Of a stretch of DNA of 64,000 bases, positions 39,385-48,055 are shown piece after piece. The position numbers and the translations under genes are program-made. The stretch's first letter is position 1, and each line of letters starts with the position of its first letter. Source of the DNA: Spirochaetota bacterium (lineage in GTDB: Bacteria; Spirochaetota; UBA4802; UBA5550); NCBI GenBank assembly GCA_963664815.2, contig CAXXHB010000003.1, positions 320,001 to 384,000 on the forward strand. Reading direction: 5' to 3'. Below the pieces are notes generated by a model. It saw only the letters and a list, made by a program, of their open reading frames with translations. It did no database searches and was not told the DNA's origin.

Positions 39385-40470
39385 TCAGGGAAGGTTGAAA
39401 ATCTTTTTAAGATTAATTGATTCAGGTTTGAGAGGAAGCGCTATTATTTTTCTGCCAAGATGTGATGAATAATATATTGCATGGATTATCTCAAGGGCTT
39501 TATAGCCATCATCTATTCCGGATATTGCCGGCGGATTTTTACCGTTAAGAATCTGAGATGCATATTTGTAGAGTTCCGTAAAACAGTTTTTGTTTTTTAT
39601 TAATGGAAATTTTACTTCACTTATATCGTTAAAACCACTATATAGAACAGACTTCTTTTTAAGAAAAAGTCTGTTATATCCATTACCAATAAGAATCTTC
39701 CCTTCGGTTCCCCATATTTCGAGTTCAAACTGAAAGTATTTTCTTCCTCCGCCGGCTTCGAGGAAAATATTTATCCCGCTACTACTCTGAAGCCATGCAG
39801 ATGCTGTATCTTCAAAGCCTGAATTTCTTGTGAATCTTGAAAACTCTCCCTGAACAGTTATAACATCGCCAAGTATGTATCTGATAATATCAACGAGATG
39901 TGTTCCGTCATGAAGCAGAGGTCCGCCACCCTCTTCGATGAATGATTCGCCTCTGTATGAACCGGTTAACATTCTTGCATTGACAGTTTTAATTTCACCA
40001 ATTACTCTGTTTTCCACCATATTTTTTACTTTATTATATCTGCTGTCAAATCTTCTCTCGTGATTGACAATTACATGGCAGCCGGATTTTTGCGATTCGT
40101 AAATTATTTTTTTTATAAGTGGTAGAGATGCAGCTGCTGGTTTTTCAAGGATAATGATCTTTGCGCCGCTCTTTATTGCATCAAGAGCGATGGTTGCATG
40201 TGTATCTGTCCATGTGGCTATAATAACCATATGCGGTTTTCTGTTTTTAAGAAGTTTTTTGTAATCTGTAAAAAGTGAAGAATCCGGAATATTTGCCGTA
40301 AGGCCGAACTCTCTCAGTTTGTCTGGATTACTGTCACAAGCTGATGTGATTTTCAGATTTGCTGAGACTGCGCCGCCGAAATGTGTACAGGGTTTATTCC
40401 GAAGTTTGTCTTTTTCAAGGATGAATCCTATCCTTCCGCAACCAATCAGTGAGACTTCAGGAGCAGCCAT
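39385..40470 (-). CDS. Gfo/Idh/MocA family oxidoreductase
   Basis: IGCGRIG, TH, LEKP, VNHERRF, GGGPLLHDGTH. Confidence 0.88.
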   Translation of the reverse strand: MAAPEVSLIGCGRIGFILEKDKLRNKPCTHFGGAVSANLKITSACDSNPDKLREFGLTANIPDSSLFTDYKKLLKNRKPHMVIIATWTDTHATIALDAIKSGAKIIILEKPAAASLPLIKKIIYESQKSGCHVIVNHERRFDSRYNKVKNMVENRVIGEIKTVNARMLTGSYRGESFIEEGGGPLLHDGTHLVDIIRYILGDVITVQGEFSRFTRNSGFEDTASAWLQSSSGINIFLEAGGGRKYFQFELEIWGTEGKILIGNGYNRLFLKKKSVLYSGFNDISEVKFPLIKNKNCFTELYKYASQILNGKNPPAISGIDDGYKALEIIHAIYYSSHLGRKIIALPLKPESINLKKIFNLP

Positions 40471-40471
40471 A

Positions 40472-41782
40472 TCAGAGTCTGGGGAAATAAGCTTTTATTT
40501 CATAATCGGTAATATATCTGTTAAATTGTTCCTGTTCATAAATCTTATTATCGATAATATTCTGATGTATGAAATCACCAAGTATTTCTTTCATGAATGA
40601 ACTTTTTGAAAAGCTTGTAAGAGCTTCATGGAGCTGTAAAGGTAATGTCGGGAATTTCCCGGGTTCATTTTTATAATTGCCTGAATCCAGTGGCTCCTGA
40701 AGATCATACTTCTCCTCAATTCCTTTTAATCCGGAAGCAAGCATTACAGAAAACGCAAGGTATGGATTACATGCCGGATCAGGATTCCTCAATTCAACTC
40801 GCATCGACGCCGGTTTATCATGACGGCATTGAGGAATACGCACCATTGCCGATTGGCTGTTTCTGCTCCAGGTTGCGTGTGTTGGAGACTCATATCCTGC
40901 AACAAGTCTTTTATATGAATTTATCCACTGGTTTGTTATTATAAAATATTCGCTGCTGTGTTTTAATAACCCGGCAATAAAATGTCTTCCATCACTGGAA
41001 AGATGATTTTCACTTTTCTCGTCAAAAAAAATATTTACATCATCTCTGAACAGTGACTGGTGTATATGAAGACCAGATCCGTTTTGTCCTTTAAGTGGTT
41101 TTGGCATAAAGGAGGCATATATGCTGTTAAGCTGCCCAATCTCTTTTGCTATTACTTTAAATGTCATAATGTTGTCTGCTGTTGTAAGAGCATCTTCATG
41201 CCTCAAATCAATTTCATGCTGGCTGTATGACCCTTCATGATGGGATGATATTACATCAATTCCCATCTTTTCCAGTGTAAGGACAGTTTGTCTCCTGTAA
41301 TCAGCTGCCGCATCCAGAGGTGTAAGATCAAAATATCCGCCACGATCCAGAATCTCGGGTTTATCAATGCTTTTAAAAAAGAAAAATTCAATTTCCGGGC
41401 CTGTATAAAATGTAAGACCTTTGGAAGCAGCTTTTTGCAGGTTTTTCTTTAAAATATGCCTGGAATCTCCTTCAAATGGAGTTTTATCAATTCTGTATAT
41501 ATCGCAGAATATTCTGGCTACTGAATCTTCCTGTGGTCTCCACGGGAGCAGCTTGAATGTGGAAACATCGGGAATTGCAATCATCTCCTCTTCATCTGAT
41601 CGTATATAACCAAGCAATGTTGATCCATCAACACGGACACCTTCATCCAGGGCATCTTCAAATTCGTCAATTGTAATAGCAAAACTTTTCAGAAAGCCCA
41701 GGATATCGGTAAACCAAAGCCGTATGAATTTAATTTTATTATCATGGGCAAATTTTAAAATATAATCTTTATCTGTATTCAT
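40472..41782 (-). CDS. Glutamine synthetase type I family protein (active-site-divergent paralogue)
   Basis: FTDILG.LK, DGS, GPEIEFF, GGYFD, HHE...QHEID, FMPKP, NGSGLH, SYKRL, ELRNPDP.CNPYL; but the NRS motif reads SQS. Confidence 0.85.
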   Translation of the reverse strand: MNTDKDYILKFAHDNKIKFIRLWFTDILGFLKSFAITIDEFEDALDEGVRVDGSTLLGYIRSDEEEMIAIPDVSTFKLLPWRPQEDSVARIFCDIYRIDKTPFEGDSRHILKKNLQKAASKGLTFYTGPEIEFFFFKSIDKPEILDRGGYFDLTPLDAAADYRRQTVLTLEKMGIDVISSHHEGSYSQHEIDLRHEDALTTADNIMTFKVIAKEIGQLNSIYASFMPKPLKGQNGSGLHIHQSLFRDDVNIFFDEKSENHLSSDGRHFIAGLLKHSSEYFIITNQWINSYKRLVAGYESPTHATWSRNSQSAMVRIPQCRHDKPASMRVELRNPDPACNPYLAFSVMLASGLKGIEEKYDLQEPLDSGNYKNEPGKFPTLPLQLHEALTSFSKSSFMKEILGDFIHQNIIDNKIYEQEQFNRYITDYEIKAYFPRL

Positions 41783-41810
41783 TGTATTCCTTTTTTTAAT
41801 GATAGCAGTT

Positions 41811-42806
41811 CTACCAGCTCAGCATTATAAGAAGAATAAACAGGAGTAGTATAATGACAAAAAGACCAGCCATAATCATTATGCTCTTTCCGGAGCTTGA
41901 GTTGTCTTGATTAACTTCCGGTGAGGGGATGTCCTTTTTATCCGGAGGTTTTGCTTTATCATTTATTATATTGTCAGTTTTCGGATCATACATTTTAAGC
42001 TTAACCAGTTTTTCATCTTCTATACAGAGGCCATAAACTCCAGGTACAATTTCAGTAAGTAACTCAACAGGACTATTTTTCCCGGAGGATTTTATATCTA
42101 TTACTGCAGCAGGTATGGTTTTTATTCCCCGATCATCTTTTAAATTATAAAGATCAATATAATACTGTTCTTTGCTTGTAGTGGGTATTATTTTTACCAT
42201 GATTCTATCACCAATGCGAAGTTCATAGATAGGTTTGCCGTTGAGAGGGGCCAGTACGGGTTTGATTTGAAGTATTACTCCGTGACTGTCTTTTTTTTCC
42301 CGGGTTTCGTTTTCTTCATCTTCTTTTGAATTCTGAGGTTTAGATCTGTCTTCTTTTACATTCTGTAGTTCCTGTAAGGAAATCTCCTGTATTAGTGTTT
42401 CCATTACAAGGTTTTTATCATGAATTATTCTGTTTATTAAATCATAAAGAATCAGATCCATCTGGTCATAATCATAATTGTAAACGTTGTCATAAAGAAG
42501 TTTCATGTTTTTAGTGTCATCGGCAATCTTGTTGAAGGCTTCAGTAATTGATGCGGTCATACTATTATTAAAGCTGCCTTTCCATTTGCGATCTACAATA
42601 TATTCTTCATATTTATGCCATGGTGTTCCAGGTTCTATATCGTACATATCTGAATAAGAGGAAACAATTACATGATGGTTCTCAAGTTTCTTCATGGCAT
42701 TGAATGTCAGAAGGAAAAGACCATAGAGGTTCATTGAGGTAGATTTGAATCTGCCTTTGACAATCAGAATATTTCCTTCGGTTTGTGCTGATAATTCAGA
42801 ATCCAT
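41811..42806 (-). CDS. Hypothetical tail-anchored protein (DUF4899-like C-terminal domain)
   Basis: PVLAPLNGKPIYELRIGDRIMVKI motif; C-terminal TM helix; family name from recall. Confidence 0.55.
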   Translation of the reverse strand: MDSELSAQTEGNILIVKGRFKSTSMNLYGLFLLTFNAMKKLENHHVIVSSYSDMYDIEPGTPWHKYEEYIVDRKWKGSFNNSMTASITEAFNKIADDTKNMKLLYDNVYNYDYDQMDLILYDLINRIIHDKNLVMETLIQEISLQELQNVKEDRSKPQNSKEDEENETREKKDSHGVILQIKPVLAPLNGKPIYELRIGDRIMVKIIPTTSKEQYYIDLYNLKDDRGIKTIPAAVIDIKSSGKNSPVELLTEIVPGVYGLCIEDEKLVKLKMYDPKTDNIINDKAKPPDKKDIPSPEVNQDNSSSGKSIMIMAGLFVIILLLFILLIMLSW

Positions 42807-43166
42807 ATTTATTTACCACGGAATAGTTTTTAATTAATTATCAGTAATAATTTCTTAACATATATATCAGTACAAAAAAAATTAATATCATCACTTTCGT
42901 TAGTTTTGTTGATATCAGAATACTTTATATTTATAAAATTAAGGAACTGATAAATCATCATAGTTATTATTATGTCATTGAAACATAATGTCAATATAAA
43001 AAAAACCCCGCTAAACACAAATATTATTTATAACAAAGCAATTTTCAGACATTATATTGATCTGTATCAAAACTGATAAAATGATGTTTATAGTCCTCAA
43101 GTACAATATCGGAATATTATACTCTGCCGCTTCATTTTTTAATTAGCTGGAATCTATAAAATTTTA

Positions 43167-43195
43167 TTTACAATAAAAAGATTTTATTTTAATAT
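43167..43195 (+). promoter_or_regulatory. sigma70-type promoter
   Basis: TTTACA-17 nt-TAATAT upstream of 43272. Confidence 0.4.
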
Positions 43196-43271
43196 ATTAA
43201 CGACGATATATAAAATACATGGCCTGAATTATACAAGTAACACAGATTTTATTTCAAGGGGATAAGAAGTA

Positions 43272-44540
43272 ATGAGAATCAGAACATACCTTTCATCATT
43301 GGCAGTAATATTGCTTTTCAGTGTTACAAATTCTTTTGCATCTGTAGATCAGACCTTGGTTGAGAGAATATTGAAAGAAAACAGGGATTTTATCGATTTT
43401 ATTGATCTTTCTGTGACCAATTTTGCCCCTGATAAAAAAAATGATCTTTTTAACATATATCAGAAACATTTTAATGCGGAAGTTGCTTTTCTGCAGGGTG
43501 ATTATCAAAGAGCTTTCAATAATGTTTATGATTCACAGAAAGATATGGTTGGCCTCTATGAGTATATACTAACTGAATTTTATCTTGAAGATTCAAAAAA
43601 TATACTGGATGGATTTGCTGCTGATATAATCAGAACAAAAAATACAGCAGCTAAACAATACCTTACCTTGGGATACCGTGACAGAACTCTGACGAGAACA
43701 TTTTATATATCGGGGGAAGCTTCATACCCGAAACTTTACTCGTATAAAATATTTAAGTATGTAGAAGCGATAAATATGGCCCGACGGGCAAAAAGGTATG
43801 CTTTTATTTCACTATATACCGGCCAGGATCCAAAAGTTAAACTTAAAATCTATAATCAGATGTTCAAAGCGGAAAATGAAAAAGGTGGTATTTTTTTTAA
43901 AAGGTTTGTGGATAAAAATGAAAAAGATTTTATTGCCGAGATGGATAAAACCTATGAAGAGTATGAGAAGGAGTTGGCCAAACAGCCTGTTGCTGTAGAT
44001 GGAAATACAAAAACTCAGGAAAAGAAGGAGTCCGGGACTGTTGAAAAAAAAGAAACAGGTACTGCTGAGAGTACAAGTACAGCTACTTTTGAGAAAAAAA
44101 TGGAAAGAAGTGTGAGATTCAGGAAAGAACAGAGGGTCGCCCGTTATATTCTAAATGAAGAATTTGATAAAGCTGAAACAATTATAAGATCCTATGTTGA
44201 TAATTATAATTTTAAATTAATTATGGCTACCTTTAATACACTCGGTTCAGGCGATTCTCATACCCAGGAAGGCGAAACTTCGGCTGCGGCTAAAAAGGAT
44301 TATAAAAAATTTATTCAGCATCATAATGATAATTATAACATATTAAACGGAAAGTCAGTTCTTGAAAGTGTTGTTGGAGCTGTAAAAGTAACAGATTCAG
44401 TGAAAAAAGATGATAAAAAAGAGGATAAAAAGGTAGTCGAACCGGAAAAGATTGAGGGAAACAGCAGTAAAATTTCTGATTCAGAAGCTAATAAAAAGCT
44501 TGAAGATGCCGCAAAAGAGAATAAGGATGTGAGTAAATAA
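43272..44540 (+). CDS. OmpL37-family surface protein
   Basis: Signal peptide; EN..F..F...V.N, LTLGYRD, YSYKIFKY.EAINMARRAKRYA, HNDNY resemble Leptospira OmpL37 as recalled. Confidence 0.65.
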   Translation: MRIRTYLSSLAVILLFSVTNSFASVDQTLVERILKENRDFIDFIDLSVTNFAPDKKNDLFNIYQKHFNAEVAFLQGDYQRAFNNVYDSQKDMVGLYEYILTEFYLEDSKNILDGFAADIIRTKNTAAKQYLTLGYRDRTLTRTFYISGEASYPKLYSYKIFKYVEAINMARRAKRYAFISLYTGQDPKVKLKIYNQMFKAENEKGGIFFKRFVDKNEKDFIAEMDKTYEEYEKELAKQPVAVDGNTKTQEKKESGTVEKKETGTAESTSTATFEKKMERSVRFRKEQRVARYILNEEFDKAETIIRSYVDNYNFKLIMATFNTLGSGDSHTQEGETSAAAKKDYKKFIQHHNDNYNILNGKSVLESVVGAVKVTDSVKKDDKKEDKKVVEPEKIEGNSSKISDSEANKKLEDAAKENKDVSK

Positions 44541-44568
44541 TATTATATCATAACACTGAAGGTTTTTT

Positions 44569-44934
44569 ATGTATAAAAATAAATTAATGGCATTATTGTT
44601 AGTTTCTTCTGTTTTATTTTTTTCATCATGCATAGTGGAAAAGGGAAATGGAATACTGGGTATTGAAGTTCCAATCGGAGATGGAAGGGTAAGCGAAGAT
44701 ACTCCTTATCTTATTAGTGGTGTATATGAGGATAGCCCTGCATATAAAGCTGGAATCCGGCCGGGTGACATAATTATACAGATTAATGATATGCCCATAT
44801 CCAGAGGTATGAAATTTGATGAAATTTTTTCAACGCAGTTATCCGGAAAAGCCGGAACAAAGGTCGTTATACATGTAAAAAGAGGAAACGAGAATATTAT
44901 TTTCGATGTTGTCAGAGCTAAAATAGGGAATTAG
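44569..44934 (+). CDS. PDZ-domain lipoprotein
   Basis: FSSC lipobox; GILGI...V.EDSPAYKAGIRPGDIIIQIN...GKAGTKV.IHVKRG. Confidence 0.85.
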   Translation: MYKNKLMALLLVSSVLFFSSCIVEKGNGILGIEVPIGDGRVSEDTPYLISGVYEDSPAYKAGIRPGDIIIQINDMPISRGMKFDEIFSTQLSGKAGTKVVIHVKRGNENIIFDVVRAKIGN

Positions 44935-45038
44935 GTATCATCGTGAAAAATATAGTTTACAGGATTTTTAAAATCATTACATATTTTGTTTGTATTATGA
45001 TAATCCTCGATATAATTTACTGGTATTTTTATTGATTA

Positions 45039-45617
45039 CTAGTTTTTACCTTTTACGTTATATTCCCATAATTCGACCAGTTTATCGAATTCCCTGTCGG
45101 CTGGTTTATCTTTATATGCTTCATTTCTTCTCTTAATAAGGTAGTAAACAGTTGAATCTTCCAGCAGAAATTTTTCTCCAAGTCCGTTCAATATATTAAT
45201 CAGATAGATCAGGTTATAAGTATTAAAGTTTCCAAGAACTTCTGTAGATGCAACGGTAGGTTCATATTTCAGTAAAAGTTCTGTAAAATAGAGTGCGCTT
45301 CTCCATGAATCATCAATACCTGCAAGCCCTGACTTAAAATGCATACTCAGTTTTTCGTATAATTCCATGTTTTTATAATATGAATCATATATTGATTTTA
45401 TATATTGGGGGAAGTTGTTCTGAACTTCCATAAGATCAATTGGTTCATTCAGAGATTTGAACAGACTAAAAATTTCACGACTTTTTTCACTGTTCGGTTC
45501 AACATCAATCAGTTCAATTTTTAAATCCTTTATTATTGTACGGACAATACCAGCTTTTTTCAGGTAAATTTCAATTTCTACCGGTTCTATATAGTATTTT
45601 TTTTCGCTGTCATTCAT
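45039..45617 (-). CDS. Conserved-looking hypothetical protein
   Basis: 192-aa ORF overlapping the stop of the upstream gene (translational coupling). Confidence 0.7.
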   Translation of the reverse strand: MNDSEKKYYIEPVEIEIYLKKAGIVRTIIKDLKIELIDVEPNSEKSREIFSLFKSLNEPIDLMEVQNNFPQYIKSIYDSYYKNMELYEKLSMHFKSGLAGIDDSWRSALYFTELLLKYEPTVASTEVLGNFNTYNLIYLINILNGLGEKFLLEDSTVYYLIKRRNEAYKDKPADREFDKLVELWEYNVKGKN

Positions 45618-48048
45618 TTTTCATTCTTTCTTTATATACATTAAGAATCTCAATCTGCTGCTTCATATAAGTATTTTTTTCAGCTTCAGTAATAAGTGTT
45701 TTAAGCTTATTCTTATCAGATGTGCCGCTTTTTTCTATTTCATCGATTATTTTGTAAAAATCAGCATTCATTTTCTCAAGTTTGGCATGAGCAAGATCCC
45801 ACAGTGTATCCCCTTTCTGAACAACTACTTTTTCTCCATCCAGCATAATAAATATATTTGAAGGGAAAATCCAGTGGGGATTTTTATTCTTCAATCCTGT
45901 ATAAGACAGCTTATCGTATCCATTTTTTACAGCCACATCGTTTGAATAGTTATAAATATCAGATTCACTTATTTTTACTTTATGTTTCAGGAGAAGTTCC
46001 TTCTCCTGTTCGTTAACCCGCTTAACAGTGATAATAAGATGCTGATTTTCAACAGGATGTTGTACAAATTCGGATGTAGCACCGGGCTGCGATGTTTTGT
46101 TCCTGGTAATAAAAAATGCAGCGGCAAGGAGTATAAGTATTATAAGTGATGCAGGAAAGATAATTTTTTTGTTTGAAAATATGCTTTCTGAGATATTTTT
46201 TGATATTGTAGTCTCTTTATCTGTTTTTACAATTTCTTTTTTTTCGGTTGGTATCTGGTTGAGAATGTTTTTACTCTGCTTTTTCCTGTCGTTGGAATTG
46301 TTTATGGAATAGAATTCACTGGTGTAAACATCCTTTCTGGTAAATATTTCATTTTTAAGAAGCGAAACTTCTTTTTCAATTTCGCTATATGAAGGGGTTT
46401 TAGTAATTTCCTTATAGAACATTCCAAGTAATCTGGTAAGTCTTTCTCTGTCTTCAATAATTCTTTTACATAGTATTTTTTGTTCATGATTAAGGGTAGT
46501 TTCCAGCATTGCTGATTCATTGTAGTCATCAATGAACCTTTCAACAGTATTTGATGAAGTCTGTTTTATAATTGTACAGCATGAATTATTATACAGAGCA
46601 AGAACAATTTTCATTGATGATTTAAATTCAGGTGCTGGATTAAAATTTATTTTCGTATTGAAATTCTGGTATATTTCCCTGAGAGCTGAATATTTTTTTC
46701 GGTCAGTAGTATTTGCAATAAAAAATTTTATGAGTGATGGAAGATTCAGAAGTTCAAGTGATTGTTCTGAATTTCCTATTAGTGAACTGATCAGATTATC
46801 CAGTTTTTCCCTGTCAAAATTATCAATTGCACTTTGTATTTCATCGAGTCCGGTAAATTCTTTCAGCAGAATCTCGGATGATTTATATTTTTTAAAATCA
46901 TACTGAATCCCCGGTTTTAATATTATGTTATCCGAATGGCTGATTTTCTTTATATTAATATTTCCGTCATCTATAATAATGACAGGGGATTCTGTAGATT
47001 TAAAAAGGAGTGCAGATTCTTCGTATGCGGTATATGTAATCATCACGGCATCGGATTTTTCTTTTAATATTTTTGCTGTGTCCACCGGCGATTTAATGAA
47101 TGGAACCACAATCTCCTCATCTTTTTCATCACCCGGTTTATATGTAAGTTTTATATTTGGTGAACCTGCATATGAACTGATTTTTAATCCGTCACTTGTG
47201 TTGATATGCAGGTTTGAAAATTTTTCATCCGAGACTGTGGAATTTTTAAACAATTTTTTTATCAGTTCTATTTGCTCAGTATTATCTGAATAAAGTTTAA
47301 TTTTTCCACCACGATGATTTTTAAATTTCATAAAACCGGAGATATTTATTAAATTCTGTGAAGGAAGAAGTAATTCACGGATATAATTTGGATCGATCTG
47401 AAGCAGCGAAAAATCTCCAAGGCATTTATCGGGATACTGATAAGATGTAAAATAACCTTTCTGGTAAAAAATCGGGTTGTTGTCTATAATAATCAGTCCT
47501 GCTCCTTTATATCTTTCCGTGTTTTTTGAGTTTACAGAAATTTTTGTCAAAATTTCCGCATTGTTCAGGTTGTCGCGATCTATTGTGTTAAGATCAAAAA
47601 TATTCTTTCCATCACGATTTATCTTTATATTACCGTCACTGTAGAAAATTCCTATGAATTGATCCCGGTCAGATATATTTTTCTGGCTTGATAATTCCGG
47701 TATATCTTTTTCAATATTTACAAGCGATACATTTGTCAGATCAAGTCCGAATATTCTCTGATATTCAAGAAATCTTTTCAGTATTGATTCTCCGCCGATA
47801 TACCTGTTTGTTTCAAGGTTACGGACATCAATATTAAACTGCTCATAGGAGGGATTTCCGAGAATTCTGTCTGAAACTATTATATTTTCAACAAGAGGTA
47901 TTATCTCTACAGGGAGGTCATACCATGTACCTATTCTTATGAAGGGTCTTTCATCGTTAATGGATGCTCCGGTAAAAATGATAAAACACTCTGTATCAAC
48001 AATAAATAGTCTGTCCGAGTCTTCTTTAATGATGTCGCTGAGATGCAT
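45610..48048 (-). CDS. Large bitopic membrane protein with periplasmic LysM-like domain
   Basis: 812 aa; single TM (IIFPASLIILILLAAAFFIT); C-terminal NPHWIFP...VVQKGDTLWDLA; GAGG RBS. Confidence 0.75.
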   Translation of the reverse strand: MHLSDIIKEDSDRLFIVDTECFIIFTGASINDERPFIRIGTWYDLPVEIIPLVENIIVSDRILGNPSYEQFNIDVRNLETNRYIGGESILKRFLEYQRIFGLDLTNVSLVNIEKDIPELSSQKNISDRDQFIGIFYSDGNIKINRDGKNIFDLNTIDRDNLNNAEILTKISVNSKNTERYKGAGLIIIDNNPIFYQKGYFTSYQYPDKCLGDFSLLQIDPNYIRELLLPSQNLINISGFMKFKNHRGGKIKLYSDNTEQIELIKKLFKNSTVSDEKFSNLHINTSDGLKISSYAGSPNIKLTYKPGDEKDEEIVVPFIKSPVDTAKILKEKSDAVMITYTAYEESALLFKSTESPVIIIDDGNINIKKISHSDNIILKPGIQYDFKKYKSSEILLKEFTGLDEIQSAIDNFDREKLDNLISSLIGNSEQSLELLNLPSLIKFFIANTTDRKKYSALREIYQNFNTKINFNPAPEFKSSMKIVLALYNNSCCTIIKQTSSNTVERFIDDYNESAMLETTLNHEQKILCKRIIEDRERLTRLLGMFYKEITKTPSYSEIEKEVSLLKNEIFTRKDVYTSEFYSINNSNDRKKQSKNILNQIPTEKKEIVKTDKETTISKNISESIFSNKKIIFPASLIILILLAAAFFITRNKTSQPGATSEFVQHPVENQHLIITVKRVNEQEKELLLKHKVKISESDIYNYSNDVAVKNGYDKLSYTGLKNKNPHWIFPSNIFIMLDGEKVVVQKGDTLWDLAHAKLEKMNADFYKIIDEIEKSGTSDKNKLKTLITEAEKNTYMKQQIEILNVYKERMKNE

Positions 48049-48055
48049 ATTTTCC

